Of a DNA stretch of 64,000 nucleotides, positions 1 through 10,574 are shown in pieces; position 1 is the stretch's first letter; each line of letters starts with the position of its first letter. A program made the translations under genes and the position numbers. The stretch is from an uncultured delta proteobacterium. Its GTDB lineage: Bacteria; Desulfobacterota; Binatia; UBA9968. The stretch spans positions 160,001-224,000 of the forward strand of contig CAVUZH010000015.1 in the NCBI GenBank assembly GCA_963745835.1, written 5' to 3'. The notes under the pieces were generated by a model. That model saw nothing but the letters and a program-made list of their open reading frames with translations. It made no database searches and was not told the origin of the DNA.

Positions 1-36
1 GGCGTTCAGATTAAACTCCTCGACAAATTCAAACAT
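1..36 (-). CDS. ftsZ: Cell division protein FtsZ, N-terminal 12 codons only (runs off window)
   Basis: Reverse complement reads MFEFVEEFNLNA after an AAGGAGGAAG RBS (41-50), directly downstream of ftsA. Confidence 0.85.
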   Translation of the reverse strand, partial: MFEFVEEFNLNA

Positions 37-80
37 AAGCCTTCCTCCTTCTAATACGGTTAATAGGATCTGTTGCTGTT

Positions 81-1310
81 TCAGAAAAAATCACTGAGCC
101 AATCCGACATTCGATGCTTTACCTTTGATAGGATGTTGGCATCCTCTCGCACACGGAAGAAACTGCGCTCCTGGCGCTTGATACCGTAGAGAACCAGGCC
201 GATGGCGCTGGAATAAACCGGATTTGCGATAACGTCGACCAAACCGCCGACATGCCGCGGCGCTCCCAGCCGTACCGGACACCCGATGGCAACTTCGGCC
301 GCTTCGAGGGCTCCGGGCAGGAGCATCGATCCGCCCGTCATCACCACACCTGAGCCGAGATAGTCTTCGTAGCCGGATTTGAGGATCTCCCTGCGAATCA
401 ACTGAAAGACCTCGTCCATTCGCGGTTCAATGATCTCACACAAGATTTGCCGCGAGACGGACCGCTGCGGCTTACCGGCAGAGCTGGGAACTTCCAATCG
501 CGCCTGTTCAGCGACCATGGATGCTTTGGCACAGCCGTAGCGCAACTTGATGCGCTCCGCATCCGCGAAAGGAGTTCTAAGACCAGCGGCGATATCGTTG
601 GTGACATGATTCCCGCCGACCGGCAGAACAGCTGTGTGTTTTACCGCGCCATCGTGAAAAATCGTGATATCGGTCGTGCCGCTTCCCATATCCGCCAAGG
701 CAACACCGAGATCCTTCTCGTCATCGGTGAGTACTGCATCCGCGCATGCCAAGGGCATCAATGCGACATCGGCAACATGAAGCCCCGAACGATTACAGCA
801 CTTGACAATATTTTGCATGGCTGTAGTCGCTCCGGTGACAATGTGAACTCTGGCCTCGAGTCTAACCCCGGACATTCCCAGCGGATCCTTGATACCGTCT
901 TGATCGTCGATAATGTAATCCTGAGGCAAAACATGGACTACCTCCTGGTCGGTTGGAATCGCCACCGCTTTGGCTGCGTCCAACACCCGGTCCAGGTCTC
1001 TCTGACTGACCTCTCGTGTCTTGACCGCGACAACGCCGTGGCTGTTAAAGGCTTTGATGTGACTTCCAGCGATCCCGGTAAAAACGGTATTAATCTCACA
1101 CCCCGCCATTAACGCCGCTTCTTCAACCGCCTTCTTGATGGATGTCACGGTGTTGTCGATATTGATGACAACCCCCTTGCGCATCCCCGAGGAGCCATGA
1201 GAGCCGATTCCAATGATTTCCACGCCATGCTCGGTCATTTCACCGACGGCGCTGCAGATTTTGGACGTACCAATGTCCAATCCCACAATGATGCTGTGTT
1301 TCTTCGCCAT
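81..1310 (-). CDS. ftsA: Cell division protein FtsA
   Basis: GLDIGTSKI, DMGSGTT and VMTGG actin-fold motifs; dcw position. Confidence 0.98.
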   Translation of the reverse strand: MAKKHSIIVGLDIGTSKICSAVGEMTEHGVEIIGIGSHGSSGMRKGVVINIDNTVTSIKKAVEEAALMAGCEINTVFTGIAGSHIKAFNSHGVVAVKTREVSQRDLDRVLDAAKAVAIPTDQEVVHVLPQDYIIDDQDGIKDPLGMSGVRLEARVHIVTGATTAMQNIVKCCNRSGLHVADVALMPLACADAVLTDDEKDLGVALADMGSGTTDITIFHDGAVKHTAVLPVGGNHVTNDIAAGLRTPFADAERIKLRYGCAKASMVAEQARLEVPSSAGKPQRSVSRQILCEIIEPRMDEVFQLIRREILKSGYEDYLGSGVVMTGGSMLLPGALEAAEVAIGCPVRLGAPRHVGGLVDVIANPVYSSAIGLVLYGIKRQERSFFRVREDANILSKVKHRMSDWLSDFF

Positions 1311-1334
1311 ACCTGTCTTGCCGAATTTTTTTTC

Positions 1335-2150
1335 CTACTGCGGCAGGCGCCGCAACCGCGTTACCACTTGATCCTGGAAACTCACGTCCAAGGAGCCGAG
1401 CCTTTCCTCTTTTCCCCGCCACAATGTCATCACGCGATCCAAACGTTGAAGCTTCCTTTCCCAGTCGCCCCACCCCATGTGAATGGCCACCGGATGAGCG
1501 ATCGTGTAGACCACCAAACGATCCGGCGCATCAAAGTGGATCTCGGACAGAGCGTGCGAATCCTTTGCCATCAGATCGCCCAGTCGAAGGGCATCCTGTA
1601 TTCTTCGCCTTACGGCGGGATCCGCCGATCCGAGTTCTTCGGTCCGAATGCCGGTTAGCATGGGGAATCTGACATTTTCTCCTTGCGCTACTTCTTTAAA
1701 GAGAACTCCATCGGCATCGACATAGTAAAGCTTGCCGACCGCCACGATCGCCTTGGGTCGACGCTCCTCCACTTCGATGACAACACGGCGGGGGAATTCG
1801 CGCCGAACCAATACCCTCCGCACCCAAGGATGCCTTGAAACCTTCTTCTCGATTTTTTCCGGCTCGATGTTCCAAAGATTCATCCCATGGCGCAATCCGG
1901 CGATGGAAATGATCTCATTGCCGCGCACCTTGTCGCCGCCTCGAACTTGAATTTCGCGCACGGCGAAGTAAGGATTTTCGAAGATAAACCGCCGCGCCAC
2001 CACAGACGCTGAAACGACCTGTTCGCGCCACCCATACAGGATCCAAACGGCGCCGGCGAAGATCACTAGAATCCCGAGGGTCGCGAACCGGCGGCGCCAT
2101 GGAAATCCATCTTTTTTGCGATTGTCTTTTCGAGAAACTGCCAACTGCAT
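1335..2150 (-). CDS. ftsQ: Cell division protein FtsQ/DivIB
   Basis: Single TM then POTRA domain (PWVRRVLVRREFP..VIEVEER); lies before ftsA; ATG at 2150 chosen just after the murB stop. Confidence 0.93.
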   Translation of the reverse strand: MQLAVSRKDNRKKDGFPWRRRFATLGILVIFAGAVWILYGWREQVVSASVVARRFIFENPYFAVREIQVRGGDKVRGNEIISIAGLRHGMNLWNIEPEKIEKKVSRHPWVRRVLVRREFPRRVVIEVEERRPKAIVAVGKLYYVDADGVLFKEVAQGENVRFPMLTGIRTEELGSADPAVRRRIQDALRLGDLMAKDSHALSEIHFDAPDRLVVYTIAHPVAIHMGWGDWERKLQRLDRVMTLWRGKEERLGSLDVSFQDQVVTRLRRLPQ

Positions 2151-2155
2151 CGCGC

Positions 2156-3107
2156 TTACTCCGCTTTGGCCGACGGCCACCTGCCGATCAGCTTCACTTC
2201 GGGATTTAAGACAACGCCGAACTGCGCATTAACTTCAGCGCGTGCCAGCTCCATCAGTCGACGCACATCTTCAGCGCTGGCGCCGCCTAGATTGACAATG
2301 AAATTGCCGTGCTTTGGGGAAATTTGTGCGCGCCCGACTTGTTTCCCCTTAAGCCCGGCAGCCTCGACTAATCTCCCGGCGTAATCGTTCGGCGGGTTGC
2401 GAAACATTGAGCCGGAATTCGGGTAACCCGAAGGTTGGCTGCTCTTTCTCTTGGTCACCAACTCACGGACTTTCATGCTGACTTTGGACGATTCTTGCCG
2501 ATGCACGGACAAACGCACGCGCGTGACAACAGTCCCTGATGGCAAATGTGAATCGCGATAGGTGAATCTCATCTGTTCGCGATTAAATTTAACCGGACTT
2601 CCTTGCTGCGTCATGCCGTAAACAGTATCGACGACTTTCTCGAATTCCGACCCATACGCTCCCGCGTTCATGACCAGCGCGCCTCCGACGCTGCCCGGAA
2701 TGCCCTCGGCAAACTCCAGACCGCCGTAACCGCGCCGGGCCGCCTGCCGCACCAATTGCGTCACCGCTTGGGCCGCGCCCGCTTCCACCCATGACTCGTT
2801 TGCTTGTTCGTGCCACTCGGCATGTTTGAAATCGCCGACCAGATGAATCAGCACGCCTTCAACACCGAGGTCGCTGATCAACACGTTGCTGCCATTGCCC
2901 AGGAGGCAGAACGGCATGGCGCGCAAGCTCAACAACGACAGCAGTTGCGTCAAAGCGTTTTCGCTTTCTACATCGATGAAATAATCCGCCGGGCCGCCTA
3001 CTTTGATGGACGTGTAACGGGCCAGCGGTTCCGAAACTTTAACCCGCAGACCGGAGATCGATTTGGAGCGCCTGCACCAAGCCTGTTTCGTGCGAGTTCG
3101 GATTCAT
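2156..3107 (-). CDS. murB: UDP-N-acetylenolpyruvoylglucosamine reductase, apparent frameshift near 3062
   Basis: GNGSNVL, GIPGSVGG..MNAGAYG, GSMFRNP and HGNFIVN motifs; upstream EPLARYTSIKVGGPADYF is in frame but the ATG at 3107 is out of frame by one base. Confidence 0.93.
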
Positions 3108-3198
3108 TGCCAACATCACAAGAGCTATTCGATGCGCTGCAGCTTTCAATCTTAAACAGCTCCCGGACCGATTATGCTTCCGAGGCGCTGGTTGCCGT

Positions 3199-4568
3199 TC
3201 ATGCCAAAGCCGCAACGATGCTTTCTCCAACTTTATAAATATCTCCGGCCCCCAGAGTCAGGACGACATCCCCGGCGACCAATCGCCCGGCTAATTGCGG
3301 CGCAATGCTCGTCTTGTCGCCGATGAATTCAACATCCATATGCCCCTGGCGCTTGATTGCCTGGTAGAGCGCTTCCCCTGTAACCCCTGGGATGGGATCC
3401 TCTCCGGCCCCATAAATTTCGGTCAGCACCAAACGGTCAGCGCCTTCAAAGGCATCAGAAAGTCGTCAAAGAGGTCCTGGGTGCGACTGTATCGGTGCGG
3501 TTGAAAAATCACGGTCAAAGGGCGTTTCCAACTTTCTCGGATTGCGCTGATGGTCGCGCGCACTTCCACAGGGTGATGGCCGTAATCGTCAATGACCAGA
3601 ACATCACGAATTTGCCCTTTAATTTCGAAGCGGCGATGGATGCCGTTAAATGCCGCAAGTGCCTCGGCAGTGCGGCAAAAAGGGATCTCCAACTCATGAG
3701 CGACAGCCACGGCGGCAAGCGCATTGGTGGCGCTGTAACGCCCGGGAAGCTGCAATTTCAGCTGCCCCAGTGATTTGCCGTGATGCAGTACGGTGAATTC
3801 CACACCGCCCGCTTTCATGTGCAAATCCTGAACAGAAAAATCCGCCTCTGGAGACAGACCGTAGGTGGCAAACCGTTTGCGCACTTTGGGCAACACGGCG
3901 CGCACGTTGGGATTATCGATACACAACACTGCCAGACCATAGAAAGGAACCTTGTTGACAAATGTCAGGAAACTTTCATTCAAGCGCTCCATCGTCTGGT
4001 GAAAATCCATATGCTCCCGGTCGATGTTGGTGACGACGGCGATGGTCGGCGTCAGCAGCAAGAAACTGCCGTCACTCTCATCGGCTTCAGCAACCAGGAT
4101 CTCGCCTTGCCCCATCTTGGCGTTGGTGCCGAGCATATGAACGCGGCCGCCGATGACCATCGTCGGATCGAGCCCCGCGAGGCTCAAAACCGCAGCCGTC
4201 ATCGATGTCGTGGTCGTTTTTCCGTGGCTGCCGGCCACTGCAATGCCGTACTTCATGCGCATCAACTCGGCGAGCATTTCCGCTCTGGGGATCACCGGGA
4301 TCTGCCGTCGTCGCGCCTCCAGTACTTCCGGGTTCGAGTACTTAACCGCCGTCGAGATCACCACCACGGAAGGATTCACTGTCAAGTTTTCTTCCTGATG
4401 GCCGACGAAAATCTGCGCGCCAAGGTTGCGCAGTCGTCGGATCGCTTCGCTGTCGTGCAGATCCGAACCGCTCACCACGTATCCTGAGTTCAAGAGCACC
4501 TCAGCGATGCCGCTCATGCCGATGCCGCCGATCCCGACAAAATGAACACGATGTTTCTTGTGCAACAT
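3199..4568 (-). CDS. murC: UDP-N-acetylmuramate--L-alanine ligase, apparent frameshift near 3456
   Basis: [33 protein letters not shown] and FQPHRYSR motifs; C-terminus ([14 protein letters not shown]) lies in the 3199-3432 ORF. Confidence 0.96.
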
Positions 4569-4584
4569 GAAACGTCGATCACTC

Positions 4585-5653
4585 TTAAACCTGCGCCAAT
4601 GAGTAACACTCATCGACAATGCGCGTTGCGGCTTCCGGCCTGCCCATGGCGAGCGCCGCTCTTGCCATCGCTTCGATTTTTTTCCGATCGGCTAGATAAT
4701 CCCGCAGACGCAACGCCAGTTCTGCGCCATTCAATTCGTCGATCGAGAACCACCTCGGCAGCTCCTTGGTCAGCCAGAGCTTGAGCATTCCAGCGTTGGT
4801 GATCATAAATCGCGTATGGGTAGGGGATTAGAATCGCCGCTTTGCCGAACGCAGTGAGCTCCGCCACTGTTGTAGCGCCGGCTCGGCACAGCACGAGATC
4901 GGCGCGCGCGTAAGCATCGTCCATCCTGTCGATAAACGGCAGCGCCTCCGCGTCAAACGGTAAAGCATGATAGGCTTTGCTGATTGCGGAAAAATCCGTG
5001 GCGCCAGTCTGATGAACAATTCGAAGCTGCGACGCCAAATCAGTCATCTGCGCAAGCGCATCGAGGACTGCCTCATTGATGCGGTGCGCGCCGGCGCTTC
5101 CGCCGAATATCAACAGCGTGAACTTCTCATCTTTGGGCGCATCCGGCAGCCTCTGCCAACGCACTGGATTTCCTGTGTCCAGCACCTTTTTGCTTGGCAA
5201 GTAGGAGGCGGTCTCGCGGTATGAAGTAAAAATCTTATCGACAAAGCGTGCCAGCATCTTATTGGTAAAGCCCGGTTGAAGGTTTTGTTCCATGATAGCG
5301 CAGCGGATGCCCCGCAACTTCCCCGCCAGCAGCAGCGGTCCGGATGCATATCCGCCGAGGCCGAGAATGCAGTCGGGTCGAAACCGCTTGACGATTCCGA
5401 GCGATTGCAGGAGCCCGGCGGGGATCCCGTACAATGCGTCCAACAGGCCGCGCATACCTCGACCTTTAAGTCCTTTCACATCTATCGTTTCAAGAGGGAA
5501 GCCCTCATTCGGCAGCACTCGCGTTTCGATCCCCTTTTCGGTACCGACAAACAAGATTTCCGTCATTGCATCACGTCGTTTAAACTCACGGGCTACCGCC
5601 AGCCCCGGGAACAGATGACCGCCGGTTCCCCCGCCGGCCAAAATAACGCGCAT
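4585..5653 (-). CDS. murG: Undecaprenyl-PP-MurNAc-pentapeptide GlcNAc transferase, apparent frameshift near 4739
   Basis: [26 protein letters not shown] and RAGATT motifs; true C-terminus (AATRIVDEC) is in another frame. Confidence 0.96.
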
Positions 5654-6748
5654 CTATAGTCTCCTGCGCGAGAGTCCCAGCAGTAGTCCCACCTCCGCCA
5701 GATTGACGACAATGGCCGACCCGCCATAACTGATAAATGGCAAGACCAGACCCTTGGTTGGCATAATCCCCATGACCACGCCCATGTGAATCAGACCTTG
5801 CATCCCCAATAGGACTGTTAACCCGAAGGCCAAATACTGCTCAAACGGCTCCTCGATTTTCGACGTCAAGCGCAGGCCGCGCATGAGAATGATGCCGAAG
5901 AGAGCCAAGACAGCCAGCGCGCCAAGCAATCCCATCTCCTCGCCAATGACTGAGTACACGAAGTCGGTATGCGCCTCCGGTAGATAAAAAAGTTTTTGCC
6001 GGCTTTCCCCGAGTCCCCGGCCCCAAAGCTGACCGGAACCGAAGGCGATGAGCGATTGAATGACTTGGAAACCGCTGCTGGATGCGTCGCGCCACGGATC
6101 CATGAAAGTCATCAAGCGGCGCAAACGGTATTCCGCGGTCAACATCACATAAGCCAACACCGGAAGCGCCAACGCACCGGTGCCTAAGAGATGCGGGATG
6201 CGCGCGCCGCCGACGAACAACAGCAGATAGAGCACGACTGTCAGAATCAAAGCCGTGCCGAAATCCGGCTGCAACAAAAGAAGCCCGAGAACAGCGCCGG
6301 CGACAATCAGATGAGGCAAAACACCAACGGCGAAGGTTTTGATCTTTTCTTGCTTGCGCCCCATTGAATGGGCCAGATAAAAAACCAGGGCGAGCTTTGC
6401 CAGCTCCCCCGGCTGAAATGCGAAACCTGGGAGCATCAGCCAGCGTCGGGCGCCGCCGCGCATAGCACCGATCCCTGGAATCAAAACCAGAATCAAAACA
6501 ATAAGAGTCACAGCCAGCAAGGGATAGGCGAGACGGCGCAATAACGCCGACGGAATAAGCGATCCGATGACCAAGGCAACCAGGCCCGCGCCCATGGCGA
6601 TCAACTGCTTGCGAAAGAAATAGATGCCGTCGCCAAACCGCTCCTGAGCATAGAGATAACTGGTGCTGAGGACCATCGTCAGCCCCACCGCCATTAGCGC
6701 GACAACCGAGAAGAAAATCCACTTATCAACCGCCAGCACATCTCTCAT
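5654..6748 (-). CDS. ftsW: SEDS peptidoglycan polymerase FtsW
   Basis: GARRW, FQPGELAK, QPDFG, LPEAHTDF and LPFISYGGS motifs. Confidence 0.97.
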   Translation of the reverse strand: MRDVLAVDKWIFFSVVALMAVGLTMVLSTSYLYAQERFGDGIYFFRKQLIAMGAGLVALVIGSLIPSALLRRLAYPLLAVTLIVLILVLIPGIGAMRGGARRWLMLPGFAFQPGELAKLALVFYLAHSMGRKQEKIKTFAVGVLPHLIVAGAVLGLLLLQPDFGTALILTVVLYLLLFVGGARIPHLLGTGALALPVLAYVMLTAEYRLRRLMTFMDPWRDASSSGFQVIQSLIAFGSGQLWGRGLGESRQKLFYLPEAHTDFVYSVIGEEMGLLGALAVLALFGIILMRGLRLTSKIEEPFEQYLAFGLTVLLGMQGLIHMGVVMGIMPTKGLVLPFISYGGSAIVVNLAEVGLLLGLSRRRL

Positions 6749-8079
6749 AAGGCGCGCACCAAGCTTTTAAAGGCTTTGCCCCTTTCGGCATAGTTGCGAA
6801 ACATGTCGAAACTGGAACACGCCGGCGACAATAATACGACGTCGCCGGGCTGCGCATGCGCGGCAGCGTCGCCCACGGCCGCGGCCAGATCTGCTACGAT
6901 CGCGGTTTCGGTGAGGTGGCCGAGCGCTTCAGCGATGATCTCTTTGGCTGCTCCGAACAACACCAAGCGACGCACTCGCTGCCGGATGTAGTTTTGCAGC
7001 GGGCCATAATCGCCGCCTTTATCGACGCCGCCGGCAATGAGAATCACCGGCTCGGAAAAACTCGCCAGCGACTTCTCGACTGCGCCAACGTTGGTGCCCT
7101 TGGAGTCGTTGAAGTAACGAATCCCATCTTTCTCCCGGACAAACTCAAGCCGGTGCTCGAGGCCGGGAAAAGTATCCAAAGTCTTCTGGATGACATCATA
7201 GCCGACACCCACCGCCTTGGCCGCCGCAATTGCCGCCATCATATTCTCGACGTTGTGCACGCCTTTGATTTTAACCGCGGTCAACGAAAATCTTTCTTCG
7301 CCTTGGCCGTCGCGCCAAACGATGGCATCGCGCTCGGCAAAAACGCCATTGGGCACCTCGGAAAAGCCGATGGAGATAATTTGCGAGCGCAATTGCTGCC
7401 GCATCGCCCAAACCCGCGAATCGTCCCGGTTGAGAATGGCGATGTCTTGTTCACTTTGAGCGGCGAAGATTCGTTGCTTGCCGTGGGCATAAGCGGCAAG
7501 ATCCGTATAACGATCGAGATGATCTTCGCTGATATTAAGCAGCACGGCGATCCGCGGACGAAACCATTTCACCCATTCGAGCTGAAAGCTGCTGACTTCG
7601 ACAACTCCCCAATCCCAATTATCCGCGCCGCATCCGATCAGGGGCATGCCGAGATTGCCACCGACAAAAGTTTTTGTTCCGTTTGCTTTAAGAATCTCGC
7701 CGATCAATGTCGTCGTGGTGCTCTTTCCGTTTGTCCCGGTGATGGCGATCAGAGGCAGCGACAAAGAGCGATAAGCCAGTTCGATTTCGCTGATGATTTC
7801 GACGCCGCGCTGGCTGGCCTCCTGGAGAAGCAGATTGTTCATCGGCACACCGGGGCTCGGCACAACTATGTCAACGCCTTGGAGCCAATTTAGATCCTCG
7901 CCGCCGAGATGGTATTGAATCGACAACCCCGCAAGCGCGTTCAACTCGCCCTGCAGATCAGCCGCCGGGCGAAGGTCGCTAACCAGCACGATGGCTCCTC
8001 GCTGCGCGAGAAACCGCGCTGTGTCCCGGCCGGTGCGCGCCAGGCCCAACACCATGACTTTCTTGCCCCTGAGATCCAT
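6745..8079 (-). CDS. murD: UDP-MurNAc-L-Ala--D-Glu ligase
   Basis: ITGTNGKSTTT, EVSSFQL, NDSKGTN and LLSPACSSFD motifs. Confidence 0.98.
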   Translation of the reverse strand: MDLRGKKVMVLGLARTGRDTARFLAQRGAIVLVSDLRPAADLQGELNALAGLSIQYHLGGEDLNWLQGVDIVVPSPGVPMNNLLLQEASQRGVEIISEIELAYRSLSLPLIAITGTNGKSTTTTLIGEILKANGTKTFVGGNLGMPLIGCGADNWDWGVVEVSSFQLEWVKWFRPRIAVLLNISEDHLDRYTDLAAYAHGKQRIFAAQSEQDIAILNRDDSRVWAMRQQLRSQIISIGFSEVPNGVFAERDAIVWRDGQGEERFSLTAVKIKGVHNVENMMAAIAAAKAVGVGYDVIQKTLDTFPGLEHRLEFVREKDGIRYFNDSKGTNVGAVEKSLASFSEPVILIAGGVDKGGDYGPLQNYIRQRVRRLVLFGAAKEIIAEALGHLTETAIVADLAAAVGDAAAHAQPGDVVLLSPACSSFDMFRNYAERGKAFKSLVRAL

Positions 8080-8093
8080 TTTCCAATACCATT

Positions 8094-9176
8094 TTACCGG
8101 AGCTTGAGCGTGCTAAGGCCGATCACGGCGCAGATAAACGCGATAATCCAAAACCGCACGATGATTTGCGGCTCCTTCCAACCCTTGAGTTCATAGTGGT
8201 GATGAATCGGCGCCATCAGAAAGACTCGCTTGCGCCTCAGCTTGTAGGAGGCAACCTGGAAGATGACGGAGAGCGCCTCGGCAACGAATACGCCGCCCAC
8301 GATAACCAATAGAATCTCGTTCTTGGTCATCACCGCAACCGCTCCGAGAGCCGCTCCAAGCGCCAACGAGCCCACGTCACCCATGAACATTTGCGCGGGA
8401 TACGCGTTGTACCAGAGAAATCCCAACCCTGCGGCGACCACTGCGGCGCAAAATACGCTCAATTCACCCACGCCGGCGACGTAAGGAATCTGCAGATACT
8501 CGGCCAATTTCATATGTCCGGTAACATAGGCGATGACCGCATAGGTGCCGGCGGCGACCATCACTGGTCCAATCGCCAAACCGTCAAGCCCGTCAGTGAG
8601 ATTAACGGCATTAGAAGCGCCGACGATCACAAACATTGCGAAGGGCACATAGAACACACCCAGATCCGGACGAAAGTTTTTGATAAAGGGAAGGCTGATC
8701 TCGGTGCTGAACTTAGGCATATAGTAAAGCGCCAGAGCGACGACAAAGGCCATCATGAATTGACCCAGCAATTTCGCCCGAGGCGGCAATCCCTTGCTGC
8801 TCCTGCGAGTAAGCTTCAGATAGTCATCGACGAAGCCCACCAGTCCCGCGCCCACAGTCGCGAGCAGCGCAAGCAACACGTAGCGATTGCCGATGTCTCC
8901 CAACAGAAGAGTTGAAAAGGTTAGCGCCAGGAGTATCAGCGCTCCGCCCATCGTCGGCGTTCCCGCTTTGACCGCGTGAGAGGCCGGCCCGTCATCCCGG
9001 ATCTGCTGCCCGATATGCTTTTGTGTTAGCGCTCGAATCAATCGCGGTCCCAAAAGAAAAGATACAAGCAACGCCACCAGCGCAGCCATCGCTGCCCGGA
9101 AAGTTATGTAGCGAAAAACATTGAAGCCGGAATAAGTCGTGTGCAATGGGAACAGCAAGTAGTACAGCAATATCAA
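8094..9176 (-). CDS. mraY: Phospho-MurNAc-pentapeptide transferase
   Basis: [28 protein letters not shown] and MAPIHHH motifs. Confidence 0.98.
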   Translation of the reverse strand: MILLYYLLFPLHTTYSGFNVFRYITFRAAMAALVALLVSFLLGPRLIRALTQKHIGQQIRDDGPASHAVKAGTPTMGGALILLALTFSTLLLGDIGNRYVLLALLATVGAGLVGFVDDYLKLTRRSSKGLPPRAKLLGQFMMAFVVALALYYMPKFSTEISLPFIKNFRPDLGVFYVPFAMFVIVGASNAVNLTDGLDGLAIGPVMVAAGTYAVIAYVTGHMKLAEYLQIPYVAGVGELSVFCAAVVAAGLGFLWYNAYPAQMFMGDVGSLALGAALGAVAVMTKNEILLVIVGGVFVAEALSVIFQVASYKLRRKRVFLMAPIHHHYELKGWKEPQIIVRFWIIAFICAVIGLSTLKLR

Positions 9177-9177
9177 T

Positions 9178-10572
9178 CTACCCTTTCAGCTCCGACAACA
9201 CTGTTTCCATCTTCATACCTCGCGAGCCCTTGATCAAAAGCCAATCGCCCTTCTTCAAGTGAGCGCGCAATCGCTGTCCAATGTCGCTGTGACTTTCACC
9301 GACGATAAGTTGATCCGACTTCATGCCGGCGCGCAGCGCGCCTTTTCTGACGTCCGGCGCCCGCTCCCCTAATAGATAGGCGCGATCCAGTCCGGCGCGC
9401 GCCAGTTGATTGCCAAGACGCAGATGCTCCCGTTGGCTTTGTTTGCCGAGCTCAAACATGTCGCCAAGCACGGCGATCCGTTCGCCGCAGGATTTCATTT
9501 GGGTCAACGTTTTGATGGCGGCGATCATCGATGCCGGGTTGGCGTTGTAGGCGTCGTTGATAATGCCGATGCCGCGCCATCTCTCTATCTGCATCCGCAT
9601 GCTGTAAGGCTTAACGCTTTCCAAACCGCGCCGAATCGCCGGCAGCGGGGTGCCTAAGCTGTAGGCCATGGCGGCGGCGCCGAGTGCATTGGCGATATTA
9701 TGCTGGCCGACAAAATTAAGACGAACGTGCGCCCGCTGATGACCGGCGCGCAGGGTAAATCGCATCGCCCCTGAAGCCAGCAATGAACCGGACTCCGCGC
9801 TGATCTGACCTCCCTGACCGTAAGTGATTTTGTTGCCGCTGAATCTTTCACCCAGGCGCCGCACCCGCGGATCATCGAGGTTAACTACGATGGTGCCCCC
9901 CGCGCGCATACCACTGAACAAGGCGCCCTTTTCCTTCGCGACTCCGGCCAAACTATTCAGCCCTTCCAGATGGGCCGGCGCCACCGAGGTAATGATCGCC
10001 AGATCGGCCGCCGCGATCTCAGCCAACCGACCGATCTCGCCGGGCCGATTGGTTCCCATTTCCACAACCACTACCCGGTGCCTTTTACGAAGCCGCAGCA
10101 AGGTCAAGGGCAAGCCCACCAGGTTGTTGAAATTGCCTTCGGTTTTTAGCACCCTTCCCGCGAGCGGCTGGCGATCCAGAGAAGCGCGCTGCAAAATCGC
10201 CGCTAACATTTCCTTGGTTGTGGTCTTTCCGTTGGACCCGGTAATCGCCAGCACCTTCGGCCCGTATTGCTCGCGGCGGAAGTGGGCCAGGTCTCCCAAG
10301 GCTCGAAGCGTATCGGGCACTTTGACGGCGGTAACACTGCCGAGATCGTCAGGGCGCAGAGATTGGTGCACCAACAGACACCCGGCTCCCCGGCTGACCG
10401 CGTCTTTGACGAAACGATGCCCATCGAATCTCTCGCCCTTGAGCGCGACAAAAACAGAACCTGTTTTCACTTTATTGGAATCCGTAACGATTTCATCGAA
10501 CCGGCTGGCTTTCGGTCGGCCTTCCGACTTACCACCGGTAGCTGTGAGAATTTCATCTAACGTCCATGCCAT
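9178..10572 (-). CDS. murF: UDP-MurNAc-tripeptide--D-Ala-D-Ala ligase
   Basis: [28 protein letters not shown] and KGSRG motifs. Confidence 0.97.
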   Translation of the reverse strand: MAWTLDEILTATGGKSEGRPKASRFDEIVTDSNKVKTGSVFVALKGERFDGHRFVKDAVSRGAGCLLVHQSLRPDDLGSVTAVKVPDTLRALGDLAHFRREQYGPKVLAITGSNGKTTTKEMLAAILQRASLDRQPLAGRVLKTEGNFNNLVGLPLTLLRLRKRHRVVVVEMGTNRPGEIGRLAEIAAADLAIITSVAPAHLEGLNSLAGVAKEKGALFSGMRAGGTIVVNLDDPRVRRLGERFSGNKITYGQGGQISAESGSLLASGAMRFTLRAGHQRAHVRLNFVGQHNIANALGAAAMAYSLGTPLPAIRRGLESVKPYSMRMQIERWRGIGIINDAYNANPASMIAAIKTLTQMKSCGERIAVLGDMFELGKQSQREHLRLGNQLARAGLDRAYLLGERAPDVRKGALRAGMKSDQLIVGESHSDIGQRLRAHLKKGDWLLIKGSRGMKMETVLSELKG

Positions 10573-10574
10573 AT

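Noticed and set aside
3040-4760. Programmed frameshifting or loss of cell-wall synthesis
   Set aside because: No slippery heptamers or stimulatory structures; the rest of the dcw cluster is intact; the pattern fits read errors
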